Below are positions 50,801 through 59,387 of a stretch of 64,000 bases of DNA, piece by piece. The notes under the pieces were generated by a model. The model was not told where the DNA came from, made no database searches, and saw nothing but the letters and a program-made list of their open reading frames with translations. The translations under genes were made by a program, and so were the position numbers. The stretch's first letter is position 1. Every line of letters begins with the position of its first letter. The DNA is taken from positions 2,568,450 through 2,632,449 of the forward strand of contig NC_014962.1 of the NCBI RefSeq assembly GCF_000186345.1, read 5' to 3'. The DNA comes from Isosphaera pallida ATCC 43644. Lineage in GTDB: Bacteria; Planctomycetota; Planctomycetia; Isosphaerales; Isosphaeraceae.

Positions 50801-51389
50801 CCCACGTTACCATCTCGAAATGCGTCTTCAAGACGCTGACTTGAGCGAACTCGCACTCAACCTTCCCGGCACCGAGGGGTATCGAGGCCGCTTGGCCGCT
50901 GAGATCGTCACCGACGGCGTGGGTGCCGACCGGCGCGGTCTCAGTGGACGGGGATGGGCCCGCGTCGTCGAGGGGGATCTGGGACGATTGCCTGCCTATC
51001 TGGCCCTCGTCAAATTCCTCAAGCTCAACCTCAACCGGATCAACGCCACCGCCTTCGACGACGCCTCGGTGCGGTTCCGCATCGCCGAAGGGGTCGCCTC
51101 GCTTGACCGCATCGCGCTCCAGGGCGACGCCTTCAGCCTTGAAGGCGGCGGCTACCTCAGCCCCCGCAATGAATTGGACCTCCGCCTCAAACTTCTACTG
51201 GGCCGCGACCGCCAATTCCACGTCCCCGTGGTGAGCGACCTGGTGCGCGAGGCGACCGGACAACTGTTCATCATTCGCGTTCAAGGACGCCCCACCGCCC
51301 CCAGCTACCGCCTTGAAGCCCTCCCTGGCGCGTCCGAACTGTTGCGCGACTCGCTCGGCGGTTTGCCCCAACCCGGCGTGCGGCGCTGA
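47889..51389 (+). CDS. AsmA-family / TamB-like large envelope protein
   Basis: Internal ATG at 47889 with GAGGAGGGAG upstream. N-terminal anchor GLALVMLTLIGGGWGLI. AsmA-like C-terminal region. The ORF-track start at 47352 would overlap the upstream gene by 460 nt. Confidence 0.7.
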   Translation: MTFGSVPTPTWMGGASSQPTPPSSPSAAVSPSVPSRPERRRRRARIVRGGLALVMLTLIGGGWGLIRNLLDDQRLAQLVVAHATKYLPTSELKVERVDFEPLSDKIRLNRIEINQEAQRGRVETLRFPWIEVLHNPKALLEGHFQPIKVSLAQPRLRLARQQDGRWNVQTLLADPWPGMPMKVWPEIEIQGGVVELTDASGVIGLLDNAQVVIKRVSRQSPDLMSYRIAARGRVVDSIELHGQFDKSNGAVVISGIIRGLKLSESLQNCLPSDLRMAFRRSRLEGGRLDLEIVRLERPPIWGPTKAQPPGKPGDKASLNLNPIQGPWRYELTARLREASLREDPAPFRLTDVTADLQLKTGWGRLDASGWRGPTRVRLTGEFGIDLTAPEPTFEDFKFDLNVIDLSLDDSLRRWITRLGFGPVWDEWLEASKDGVSKAPLRYAQLIGREQAANDRGAAVEDGLEEFQLGVAGQAAGSRGRVNLTAHLSRPNAQEPMKSKAQVVCLGVNVIPFDFPYPFTNVVGRLDWDSEPNELKIDVKTLVGGRPASARGIVRNPGPDAFAEIDLHAESAPMDQTLLNALAPDIRQAVEEFHPTGSAEVWSRIERRPADAHHPLPRLDVTTELMLTDRCAVKWDGLPYPVSNLTGRLVLTPTVWRFEDMRGTNAQTVVEGSGVVRKLGPGLRDLESDIQLVARNLAFDPQLRAALPPEWQQTWATLNPSGSCDVAARVRTRPGKDHFQFVVRPRPETRIELELPPIPGAPQGHDQPIRFPAMENIRGTFSFDDGEVVMTGVGFEFRGAPTRVERGRVRLEPNGAFDLEAFDLSIANLRLDSGLRKLMPPLMAKAARRFKDDPIALMRGHLRIGWNGQPGQPATVAWNQGLVLLDGNAIETGLPIQHIQGQIDRLSGDFDGRTLRARGVLDLDSVNIGGLQVTAIRAPWQVQGGQAELPDFSARLLGGRLGGRASTTLEENPRYHLEMRLQDADLSELALNLPGTEGYRGRLAAEIVTDGVGADRRGLSGRGWARVVEGDLGRLPAYLALVKFLKLNLNRINATAFDDASVRFRIAEGVASLDRIALQGDAFSLEGGGYLSPRNELDLRLKLLLGRDRQFHVPVVSDLVREATGQLFIIRVQGRPTAPSYRLEALPGASELLRDSLGGLPQPGVRR

Positions 51390-51440
51390 GACGCCAAGAG
51401 AGAAACGTCACGCGGGTTGAATCGCAATCGTGGCACCCGC

Positions 51441-52979
51441 TCACCACAAACCCAGAATCTCATATGCGGCGTTGCGTCCATTCACCGCGATGACGCTGCC
51501 GCCGGGGTAGGTCGCCGCGCCGCAGAGGAAGACGCCGGGCATCGGGGTCCGCGCTTCCAGACGTTGCGACCACATATAGGGGGGCAAACACTCACCTTGG
51601 AAGATATGGCCGCCGGTTAAGCCCACTTCGCGCTCGATGTCGGGTGGCCCCAGGGCCAGAACGCGGTCGATGGCCTCGGGCAGGTTGTCGCAGAAGCGGG
51701 CGATCGAATCCAGCGCGCGTTGGGCGGCGGCGTCGCGGTGGTCCTCCCAATCGCCCTCAGCAAATTCGTAGGGCACGTACTGGGCGAACACGCTCATTGA
51801 ATGGACGCCGGGCGGGGCGATGGTGGGGTCGTGCGGCGTGTGGAAGTAAAGTTCGGTCCAAAGGCGGGGTGGCAAGATTCCCTGCTGGGCGAGGCGGTGG
51901 AAATCGAGCCACTCCCGACGATTCAGCGGCGTGTTGATCTGACCGCGGTGATGCGGTTCGTTGGTGCCGGGTCGGGCTTTGAAACTGGGCAATTCCCGCA
52001 GCGCGACGTTGAGTTTGAGGGTGCAACCCCGGCGGGGGATCGCCTCGACGCGGGCTTTCCATTCCGGATCGACCGCCTCGCCCAGCAGCTTGACCGCCAC
52101 GGCGGGGTCGGCGTTGCACACAACCACCTCGGCGGCGATCCGCTCACCTCCCTCAAGTTCAACACCCTGTCCGGGATAAATCCGTGCCACGGGCATTCCA
52201 GTGGCAACGGTTGCACCAGCCTCGCGGGCCGCGTCGCAAAGTAGAAACGAGACCATCCCCATGCCACCTTGAACATAACCCCACACGCCTGGACGACCAC
52301 CCAAGCGACCCGAGTTGTGATGAAAGTGAATTGAGGCGGTTCCCGGATCATGGGGACTCGCGTTGGTGCCGATCACCCCCTGCCCCAACAGCGCGGTTTT
52401 CAGACGCTCATCCACCAAAAAACGATCGACATAGTCGATCATTGACCATTCAAAGAGCAACCCGATCGCGTCGGGATCGTGTCCCAGACGCGCTTCGATT
52501 TGTTCGCGGGTGGGTGGACGGTGGAGCCACACATCGCCGTCGCCTTCGGGGCGAAGCGCGTCGCGGACGCGGGATTTCAGCGCTGACATGGCGCGGAACC
52601 CGGCCACGTCTTTTGGCTCGATCCGGGCGACTTCGGCTTCGAACAAGCGGTCGTCCTCCCAAAATTGGACGCCATCGCCTTCCTCAAACGGCACGAACAT
52701 CCCGGCTTCGGCGGGGCTCCAGCGCAACCCCCGACCCATCAAATCAAGGTCGGACATCACTTGAGGATGCATTAGCCCCAGAAGATACGCGCAGGGAGAG
52801 ATGCGGTGGCCCGGCCAATATTCCACCAGAGTGCAAGCGCCGCCGACTTGGGGCCGCGCTTCCAACACCAAGACCGAGCGGCCCGCGCGGGCGAGATAGG
52901 CCGCGCAGGTCAGGCCGTTGTGACCGGCCCCCACAATCACCACATCCCAACGTCGCGCCGCCATCGCCGCGGCGGTCAT
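51441..52979 (-). CDS. Phytoene-desaturase-family FAD-dependent oxidoreductase (CrtI-like)
   Basis: WDVVIVGAGHNGLTCAAYLARAG Rossmann motif. About 510 aa. Internal ATG (MTAAAMAARR). Confidence 0.7.
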   Translation of the reverse strand: MTAAAMAARRWDVVIVGAGHNGLTCAAYLARAGRSVLVLEARPQVGGACTLVEYWPGHRISPCAYLLGLMHPQVMSDLDLMGRGLRWSPAEAGMFVPFEEGDGVQFWEDDRLFEAEVARIEPKDVAGFRAMSALKSRVRDALRPEGDGDVWLHRPPTREQIEARLGHDPDAIGLLFEWSMIDYVDRFLVDERLKTALLGQGVIGTNASPHDPGTASIHFHHNSGRLGGRPGVWGYVQGGMGMVSFLLCDAAREAGATVATGMPVARIYPGQGVELEGGERIAAEVVVCNADPAVAVKLLGEAVDPEWKARVEAIPRRGCTLKLNVALRELPSFKARPGTNEPHHRGQINTPLNRREWLDFHRLAQQGILPPRLWTELYFHTPHDPTIAPPGVHSMSVFAQYVPYEFAEGDWEDHRDAAAQRALDSIARFCDNLPEAIDRVLALGPPDIEREVGLTGGHIFQGECLPPYMWSQRLEARTPMPGVFLCGAATYPGGSVIAVNGRNAAYEILGLW

Positions 52980-53128
52980 CGGCGCGCCGATGCGTCCCAA
53001 CCTCCGAGCCGTCGGGGATTCTTCAATCGTGCGGGCCATGAGGGGCAACTCCCTGAATGGTCGTCGGATGCAAACATCACGTCAAACGCCGTGGCGAGCA
53101 TATGCGTTTCAAGAGGATTGGCGATGGC

Positions 53129-54097
53129 TCACGTCGTCCGAGCGATTCGGATACCGGCCGATTCCAGATCGGCGATCATGGCCAAAACGGCGTCGCGGAC
53201 CAGTTCGGTCCAATCGGCTTTGGGGCTGGCGTCGTCCTGTTCGTAGGCATAGCCCACGCCGCGGGAGGAGTTGACGATCGCGCCGAGGCCGTGGGGATCG
53301 AAGCCGCCGGCCACGTCGCGGGCGGTGCCGCCCTGGGCTCCATAACCGGGCACCAGGAACCAGACGCCCGGCATTTGGCTGCGCAGTTGAGCGAGTTGAG
53401 CCGGTGAAGTCGCGCCGACCACCGCGCCAAGGAGGCCGTAACCGGAATAGGAGGCCGCCGCTGAGGGCTGGTTCCAGGCGACGATCGCCTGGGCGACCCG
53501 TTGGTAAAGCGGCATCGCTTGCGCGTCGTTGGGGGAGACGCAGGCCACCTGGAGTTCCTGAAATTCAGCGGCTGAGGGGTTGCTTGTTCGGGCCAGCACG
53601 AACAGCCCTTTGCCGTGGCGTTGGGCCGCTTTGAGGAACGGAGTCACGCCGTCGGAACCAAGGTAGGGGTTGACGGTCATGGCGTCGAATCGCCAGGCGT
53701 CGGAGTCGAGATAAGCCAGGGCATAGGCTTCAGCGGTGGGACCGATGTCGTTGCGTTTGCCGTCGAAGATGGTCAAGACTCCTTGTTGGGCGGCGTAACG
53801 CGCGGCCCGATCCAGCGCGGCGGGACCGGCCGGTCCCAGCGCCTCGAAGCAGGCGGACTGGAATTTGACGATCGGCACCAGGTCGGCCACTGCGTCGAGG
53901 ATACCTCGGGCGTAACGTTCGCAGGCGACCGCGCGGGCCTCGGCAGTGTCGGGCAGGTCACGGAGGATCGCCCGAGGCAGACGCTCGGGACGTGGATCAA
54001 TCCCTACACAGACGGGGTTGCCCACCCGCTGAATCCGTCGCGCTAGGCGATCGCCAAACGAGAGTCCGACGCCTTCTCCAGACTCACTCATCATCAC
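53129..54097 (-). CDS. pyrF: Orotidine-5'-phosphate decarboxylase (type 2)
   Basis: VCVGIDPRPERL, KFQSACFEALG and IFDGKRNDIGPTAEAYA motifs. Confidence 0.85.
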   Translation of the reverse strand: MMMSESGEGVGLSFGDRLARRIQRVGNPVCVGIDPRPERLPRAILRDLPDTAEARAVACERYARGILDAVADLVPIVKFQSACFEALGPAGPAALDRAARYAAQQGVLTIFDGKRNDIGPTAEAYALAYLDSDAWRFDAMTVNPYLGSDGVTPFLKAAQRHGKGLFVLARTSNPSAAEFQELQVACVSPNDAQAMPLYQRVAQAIVAWNQPSAAASYSGYGLLGAVVGATSPAQLAQLRSQMPGVWFLVPGYGAQGGTARDVAGGFDPHGLGAIVNSSRGVGYAYEQDDASPKADWTELVRDAVLAMIADLESAGIRIARTT

Positions 54098-54109
54098 TAT
54101 GACACTCCT

Positions 54110-56200
54110 TCACCGTCTCGTCCCGTCTCGTTTCACTTGCGCGGGCTTGCTGTCGCTGAAGGCTTGGCGTGCCCGCGCGACCGCCTGGGCAATTGTCGGG
54201 TCGGGATCGATCAAGTCGAGCGGACGATCGACCAGCAGACCGATTAAGTCGGGCACGTCGGCAACCCGCAACACGTTGAGCAGTTGAGGCGCGTTGGGGT
54301 CGTCATGCGTGGGGGTTGGTCGATTGAGCGTCAGGCGATCGACCCGAGCGCCGACGAGGACGGCGTGGGTGGCCAGCAACGAAGCGTTGCCGGGGCATCC
54401 GGCCAAGATCACGACTGGTTCGTGGTTCTCCGCGGCGGCGTCGGCCTGTTTGAGGTAGTTCACACAGGCGGCGATGTCGTAAACCCGTTCCAGGTCCGCG
54501 GTGCGTCCCAGCAGCAACAAGGCGCGTTCAATGGTGTTGGGCGGGTTGGAGCGGGTCCAGCGGGTAGGACCAACGCCACGGGGTTGAACCACCCAGTGAC
54601 GCGCCGCCGCCACCCTGCGGCGATCCTCCTTGGAGGGGGTCCAAGACTGGTCCTCCAGGTTGACCCAAAGCGCGACGGTTCCAGAGGGGGCGTCGGGATC
54701 CTGGGCGGCCAGGGTCAAAGGAATCGCAATGCCCTCTTCGGTTTGAACGAAGCCTGGTCGATCGACCAGCGGCGCGGCCGGTCGGATCGGTCGCGGCAAA
54801 CCAGCGTAGCTAACCCGGTTGAGTTCCGCCAACAGCGAGGCGCGTCGTTGGGCGAAGTTGGCCGGCGTGGGCGGTTGGGGCTGACCTCGGGAAATGAACA
54901 GATCATCCACGCGGTGGTTGATGGCGTCGGCGGGCAGATTGTCGGGCGTGGCGAAGACGCGCAACGCCTGGGGTTCGATTGGAAAGGACTTAGCCGATCG
55001 ACCCTCGCCAAGAACCAGATCGTTCTCGGAATCCTCAACGGGGTTGGCGTCGCGCTTGAGGTGACGGTTGAAGAACTCGTAAACCGACCGGCGGATGTCG
55101 GCACGATAGGCGTGGCCCCCCACGCTGACGACCGCATCGACTTTGTCGCCCGCGCCGAAGAGCCGATAGACCCGTTCCAGGCGGTTGATGACCCGTTCAT
55201 TGGCGTCCATCGGAAAGATCGGATCGGCGTCGGAGTTGACGAAGAGGAGAGGACGGGGGGCGATCAGGGCGGCGATCCGGGTCCAGGGCCATTGGAAGGT
55301 GTTATGCAGAAACATGCAATCGCAATGGCCGTTGACTCCAGCTTCAGCGCAGTAGTATTCCAGGTCGGCCATGCCGGAGACTGGCGCAGCGATTGCCACG
55401 CGGGGATCGGCCGCGGCGATCCAGAAGGTGGCCGCGCCGCCTCCCGAAATGCCAGTCACGCCGATGCGGGCGGGGTCCACGAAGTCGAAGGTTTCCAGCA
55501 GGTCCAAAGCGCGGAGGCCGTTCCAGCATTCAACCCCGGCCGGGGTATAGCCTCGGGAGATCCAGTGCCAGCGTCCTTCACGGTAGGTGCCGTGATGGAT
55601 TCCCGCGATCTCGCCGAGTTGAAGCGTATCGAGGGTCAAGCAGACGTAGCCATGTCTGGCGAACCAGATGCCATGCGATTGATAATTGGTTTTGTTGCCA
55701 TAGACATCCATGTTGGAGTGCCCACAAACGTACAGAACGGCTGGCAGTTTGGCCTCCCGCGGGATGACGGCCGGCTTGTAGAGGTTCGCGGTAACATAGA
55801 GACCTGGACGGCTTTGAAAATGCAGGCGATCGACGACGTAACCATCGCGTTGGATTGTGCCGACGACCACCGGATGAAGCGGAGTCCGCTCGGGGAGTGG
55901 ATCGAGTCCGAGCATGTAACGATATTCCTGGCGCAGCCGGGGCAGGTTGGCGCGCCATGATGTGGCGTCGGCGAAATCGGCGCGGCTCTGGTCGTCTAGA
56001 AGACGGGCGAGGCGTCCAAGGTGGGCGGCCATCATGGCGTCGCCGGGGGCGGGGGGATCGGCTTGCCGAGGTGCGTGCGCGCGGGTGGGATGAAGAATCG
56101 ATCCTCCCAGCGTCACCAGTGCCAGCAGGAGACCGATTCGCCCCAAACGGGTGGCGGAACCTGGGACGAATCCTGATGAGGTTGAGGATCGAACTGTCAT
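54110..56200 (-). CDS. Secreted alpha/beta-hydrolase (acetyl-xylan-esterase / dienelactone-hydrolase-like)
   Basis: Signal peptide MTVRSS...LLLALVTLGGSILHPTRAHA. Nucleophile elbow GVTGISGGG. Confidence 0.7.
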   Translation of the reverse strand: MTVRSSTSSGFVPGSATRLGRIGLLLALVTLGGSILHPTRAHAPRQADPPAPGDAMMAAHLGRLARLLDDQSRADFADATSWRANLPRLRQEYRYMLGLDPLPERTPLHPVVVGTIQRDGYVVDRLHFQSRPGLYVTANLYKPAVIPREAKLPAVLYVCGHSNMDVYGNKTNYQSHGIWFARHGYVCLTLDTLQLGEIAGIHHGTYREGRWHWISRGYTPAGVECWNGLRALDLLETFDFVDPARIGVTGISGGGAATFWIAAADPRVAIAAPVSGMADLEYYCAEAGVNGHCDCMFLHNTFQWPWTRIAALIAPRPLLFVNSDADPIFPMDANERVINRLERVYRLFGAGDKVDAVVSVGGHAYRADIRRSVYEFFNRHLKRDANPVEDSENDLVLGEGRSAKSFPIEPQALRVFATPDNLPADAINHRVDDLFISRGQPQPPTPANFAQRRASLLAELNRVSYAGLPRPIRPAAPLVDRPGFVQTEEGIAIPLTLAAQDPDAPSGTVALWVNLEDQSWTPSKEDRRRVAAARHWVVQPRGVGPTRWTRSNPPNTIERALLLLGRTADLERVYDIAACVNYLKQADAAAENHEPVVILAGCPGNASLLATHAVLVGARVDRLTLNRPTPTHDDPNAPQLLNVLRVADVPDLIGLLVDRPLDLIDPDPTIAQAVARARQAFSDSKPAQVKRDGTRR

Positions 56201-56532
56201 GGAACGACTCCCTCCCACGGATTGAACGACCAACCGCTGATCGTGTTGGTTGGGTTACGTTTGGACGAAGGCTAACCCGTTGGGCTTGATTTGACCAGAG
56301 TGTGCCCTAGCCCACCCGCTCGTCGCGGCTTTGAACGAGGAACGAAGCGATGGAATTCGAGCAAATTTGGATTTGGCGTAAGAAAGCGACGTTCGAAATG
56401 GAGGCCGCCGGCGGGTCGAAGGGTTTGCCCGAGGCGATCCGATCGACGAGCCGGCGGTGCTCTGTTCCGTTCAACCCACGTGGGCCGGGACAGCGTCTGG
56501 TTGGTTGAATGCCGCGGGGACGGGAGGGGCGT

Positions 56533-58683
56533 TCAGAACAAACGACGACGGCGGAAGTTGTTGAGGAACTCGTTCAGGTCCAGCGACGTGAAGAGGTTGT
56601 TGCCGTCGAAGTCGAAGTGGGATGAATCGCCGACGAAGCCGCCGACGTAAACCCGTCGGAAGCGGTTGTAGTCGTCCATGTCCACGTCGCCGTCACCATC
56701 GGAGTCGCCAAAGAAGCGATGGAAGCGCACGGTGAGCGAGCCGCCGGCCACCCCGTCGCCGTCGAAATCGACTGCCAGGCCGTTGTCGGCGATGATGGCC
56801 GAACCGTTGATGACCATTTCATAAACGCCGTCCGGCAGCGAGTTCATCGAGCCGCCCGCCAGACCGGGACCGGTGAAGCCCAGGACCACATTGGTCCGCC
56901 CTTGGACTACCTGCGAGGAGATCACCCGGACCTCAAAGCTCTGAGCCGGGCCGCCGCCGACTCGGTTGACTGTAAAGGCCCCCGCTGGCATGGTCGAGAC
57001 GATGCCGTTGAGGGTGAAGCTTATGGTGCGCACCATCGAGCGTTGAGCCGCGCCGTTTTCGATCCGCACGCCGGAGGGATCCAGCAGGACTGGAATCGGA
57101 CGGATGGCGATGTCGCGTCCCACCGCTGCCCCGCCGGGGGGGATGGGCACCACGATCACTCCGGTGGCGGGGTTGGAGAACTCCCAGCCGGGTTGAGGAT
57201 TAAAGATCACCGGGAAGGTACCCGAACCGGGCGCGGTGACCCGGTAAAACCCAAAGGAGTTGGTGGTGAATTGCGGTTCCCGACCGACAAACTCAATCGT
57301 CCAGGATTGGAGGATGCCGGAGTCGGCCGGGAAGGTGTCCAGGCACTCCAGGGTCCAAACCCCGTTGACTGGGGTGTTGCGGAAGGCCGCCAGCGGCTGC
57401 TCAGGACGCCACGATCCGGTGAAGGGCGGCGTGGCGGAGGAAATCGGCAGCGCAGCGTTGTCATCGAACACCATGTTGGTGAAGTTGTCCCCCGAGCCAC
57501 CCCGACCGTTGATCAGGGTGACCCGCACCCCGCCGGGGCTGACCAGGGTGAAGACCATGTCCCCCACCCAAGTGTGGGTACCGTTGATGGTGACGCGCAT
57601 GTTGAGGAAATCGGACGGTGCGCCGTTGACGGTGGCCACCGAGGTCATCAAGCCGCCGTCCACGAACGGCTTGGGGGTGTCGGTGGAGTTGAAGATTTGG
57701 GGCGGGAGCACCGAGTCGAACACGCCGTTGCCGTTGGTGTCGAGGAAGCCGCTCCAACCGGCCAGGCCGACCTCGCCCGGGTCGAGTTGGCCATTGCCGT
57801 TGAGGTCGGAGAAAGCCCGCCCGTAAATCGCGCCCTGGCGGATCAGCCCCAGACGAGCATTGGCCGTGGGGTTGGCCGCGGTGAGGGTGATCTGCTGGAA
57901 ATCGGAGCCGGGTTGCGAGGCGGTGAAGCCCCCAGGTAGCTGCACCCGCACCGGGTAAGTGCCCGGGCCCAGGCCGGGGAAGCTGAAATTGCCGTTGGCG
58001 TCGGTCAGGACGCTGGGCTCGAGGAATTGCAGACTCCAACTGGTCACCTGCCCCTGGTCGCCTGCGAAGGAATCCTGAGCATCGAGCCGCCAGGTGCCGG
58101 TGATCGACTGGCCGTTGAAAGCCGCCAGCGGGGTTTCGGGACGGAACCGACCGGCGAACGGTGGGGATCCCGCCGAGATCGGCAAGGGAGCCGAATCGTC
58201 GAAGATCGTCCCGTTCATATTGTCGCCCGAACCACCCCGTCCCTGAATCAGCGTCACCACCGTACCCAACGGACTGATCAGCCGCAGGGTCACGTCACCC
58301 ATCCAGGTGTGCGTAACGTTGACCGTCACCGTCATCCCCACCACGGTGCCGCTTTGGGCGATGGTGAGCGTGCCGCTGTTGGTCTGATTGTCGATGATCG
58401 GAATCGCCGTGGTGCTGGTGAAGGTCGGCCCGTCGATGATTCCGTTGCCGTTGGAATCCAGGAAGACCCGCGTTCCCGCCAGCCCGGTGTCGAACGGGTC
58501 GCGGACCCCATCGGCGTTCCAGTCCTCGAAGACCGTGCCGGTAATTGTCAACAGCTGACGAGCCTCTAGGGTCATCCCCGTCACGCCCCCGCCCAAGTCG
58601 GCGGGGCGGTAACGGTGGGAAGGTCGCGGAACTGATCGTGCTTGGACCGCCCGGCCCAAACGCGGCAAATCGCGCAGTCGCAT
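56533..58683 (-). CDS. Secreted multidomain protein: (SdrD-B-like + proprotein-convertase P domain) x2, then a C-terminal dockerin-like repeat
   Basis: P domains VNVTHTWMGDVTLRLISPLGTVVTL...GTWRLDAQD and INGTHTWVGDMVFTLVSPGGVRVTL...GVWTLECLD. The C-terminus DSDGDGDVDMDD...DFDGNN is dockerin-type. The N-terminus MRLRDLPRLGRAV...GMTLEARQLLTITG has an R-rich lead plus LExRxLLT. Start chosen at ATG 58683. Confidence 0.65.
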   Translation of the reverse strand: MRLRDLPRLGRAVQARSVPRPSHRYRPADLGGGVTGMTLEARQLLTITGTVFEDWNADGVRDPFDTGLAGTRVFLDSNGNGIIDGPTFTSTTAIPIIDNQTNSGTLTIAQSGTVVGMTVTVNVTHTWMGDVTLRLISPLGTVVTLIQGRGGSGDNMNGTIFDDSAPLPISAGSPPFAGRFRPETPLAAFNGQSITGTWRLDAQDSFAGDQGQVTSWSLQFLEPSVLTDANGNFSFPGLGPGTYPVRVQLPGGFTASQPGSDFQQITLTAANPTANARLGLIRQGAIYGRAFSDLNGNGQLDPGEVGLAGWSGFLDTNGNGVFDSVLPPQIFNSTDTPKPFVDGGLMTSVATVNGAPSDFLNMRVTINGTHTWVGDMVFTLVSPGGVRVTLINGRGGSGDNFTNMVFDDNAALPISSATPPFTGSWRPEQPLAAFRNTPVNGVWTLECLDTFPADSGILQSWTIEFVGREPQFTTNSFGFYRVTAPGSGTFPVIFNPQPGWEFSNPATGVIVVPIPPGGAAVGRDIAIRPIPVLLDPSGVRIENGAAQRSMVRTISFTLNGIVSTMPAGAFTVNRVGGGPAQSFEVRVISSQVVQGRTNVVLGFTGPGLAGGSMNSLPDGVYEMVINGSAIIADNGLAVDFDGDGVAGGSLTVRFHRFFGDSDGDGDVDMDDYNRFRRVYVGGFVGDSSHFDFDGNNLFTSLDLNEFLNNFRRRRLF

Positions 58684-59387
58684 TGAAAGATCACTCCCGG
58701 TGTCAAATCGAGATGAAGTCAAATCGGAAGGAGCAGTGGGAACGGGGGCAGGGCACACCCGGGTGACTTCCTGCCCCGCGGAAAGACAACCCAGGCAAAC
58801 AAGCCGGGCCGGGACGAATACGTTGATGATGGGGCGGAGAGGACGCGAACCTCCGTGTCGTAATCTTCACGTCACAGAGACTCCACAAGCCTCCTTCGAG
58901 CCTACCATGAAGATGGCGCAAACACCATCCTCGCTGGCTAAACCACTCTCTTGACTTTTCCAACTCCAACGATCTTGCAACCTCGAATCGACCGTGATAC
59001 CATGCACTCATGGAGCCACCGCACCGAGCGTAGGGATCGTTCGGCGGATTCGTTCGGCGCGATCTTCATTTTTCCCACGGGATTCGGCGACAGCGGCTAA
59101 AGTTCGGTTAGATTGATCGCGCAGAGCGCTACGGGACCGGCTGGCCTTGGTATCGTGGGGCGCGGTGCGTGATCGAGTCGGACCTTGGGGGGCATGCGAC
59201 GTTGACGTTCTTGACGGTGTTGCCACCGAATCGGTCTGATTAGTCTATCCGATGGTCCCGTCGTCCCACCGAGATGTCCCTGGTTTTTTAAGTCGGTTTG
59301 GTTCGGTTTCCTCCTCCAAGTCGGATTCGGAACGACCGCATTCCCGACCGCGGCGCGAAGACAGTCCCCACCACGAGGTGTTCCACC

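Noticed and set aside
51441-52979. CrtI-like gene as evidence of a carotenoid cluster
   Set aside because: No crtB/crtY/crtE partners in the window. The phytoene-desaturase family includes many unrelated FAD oxidoreductases.
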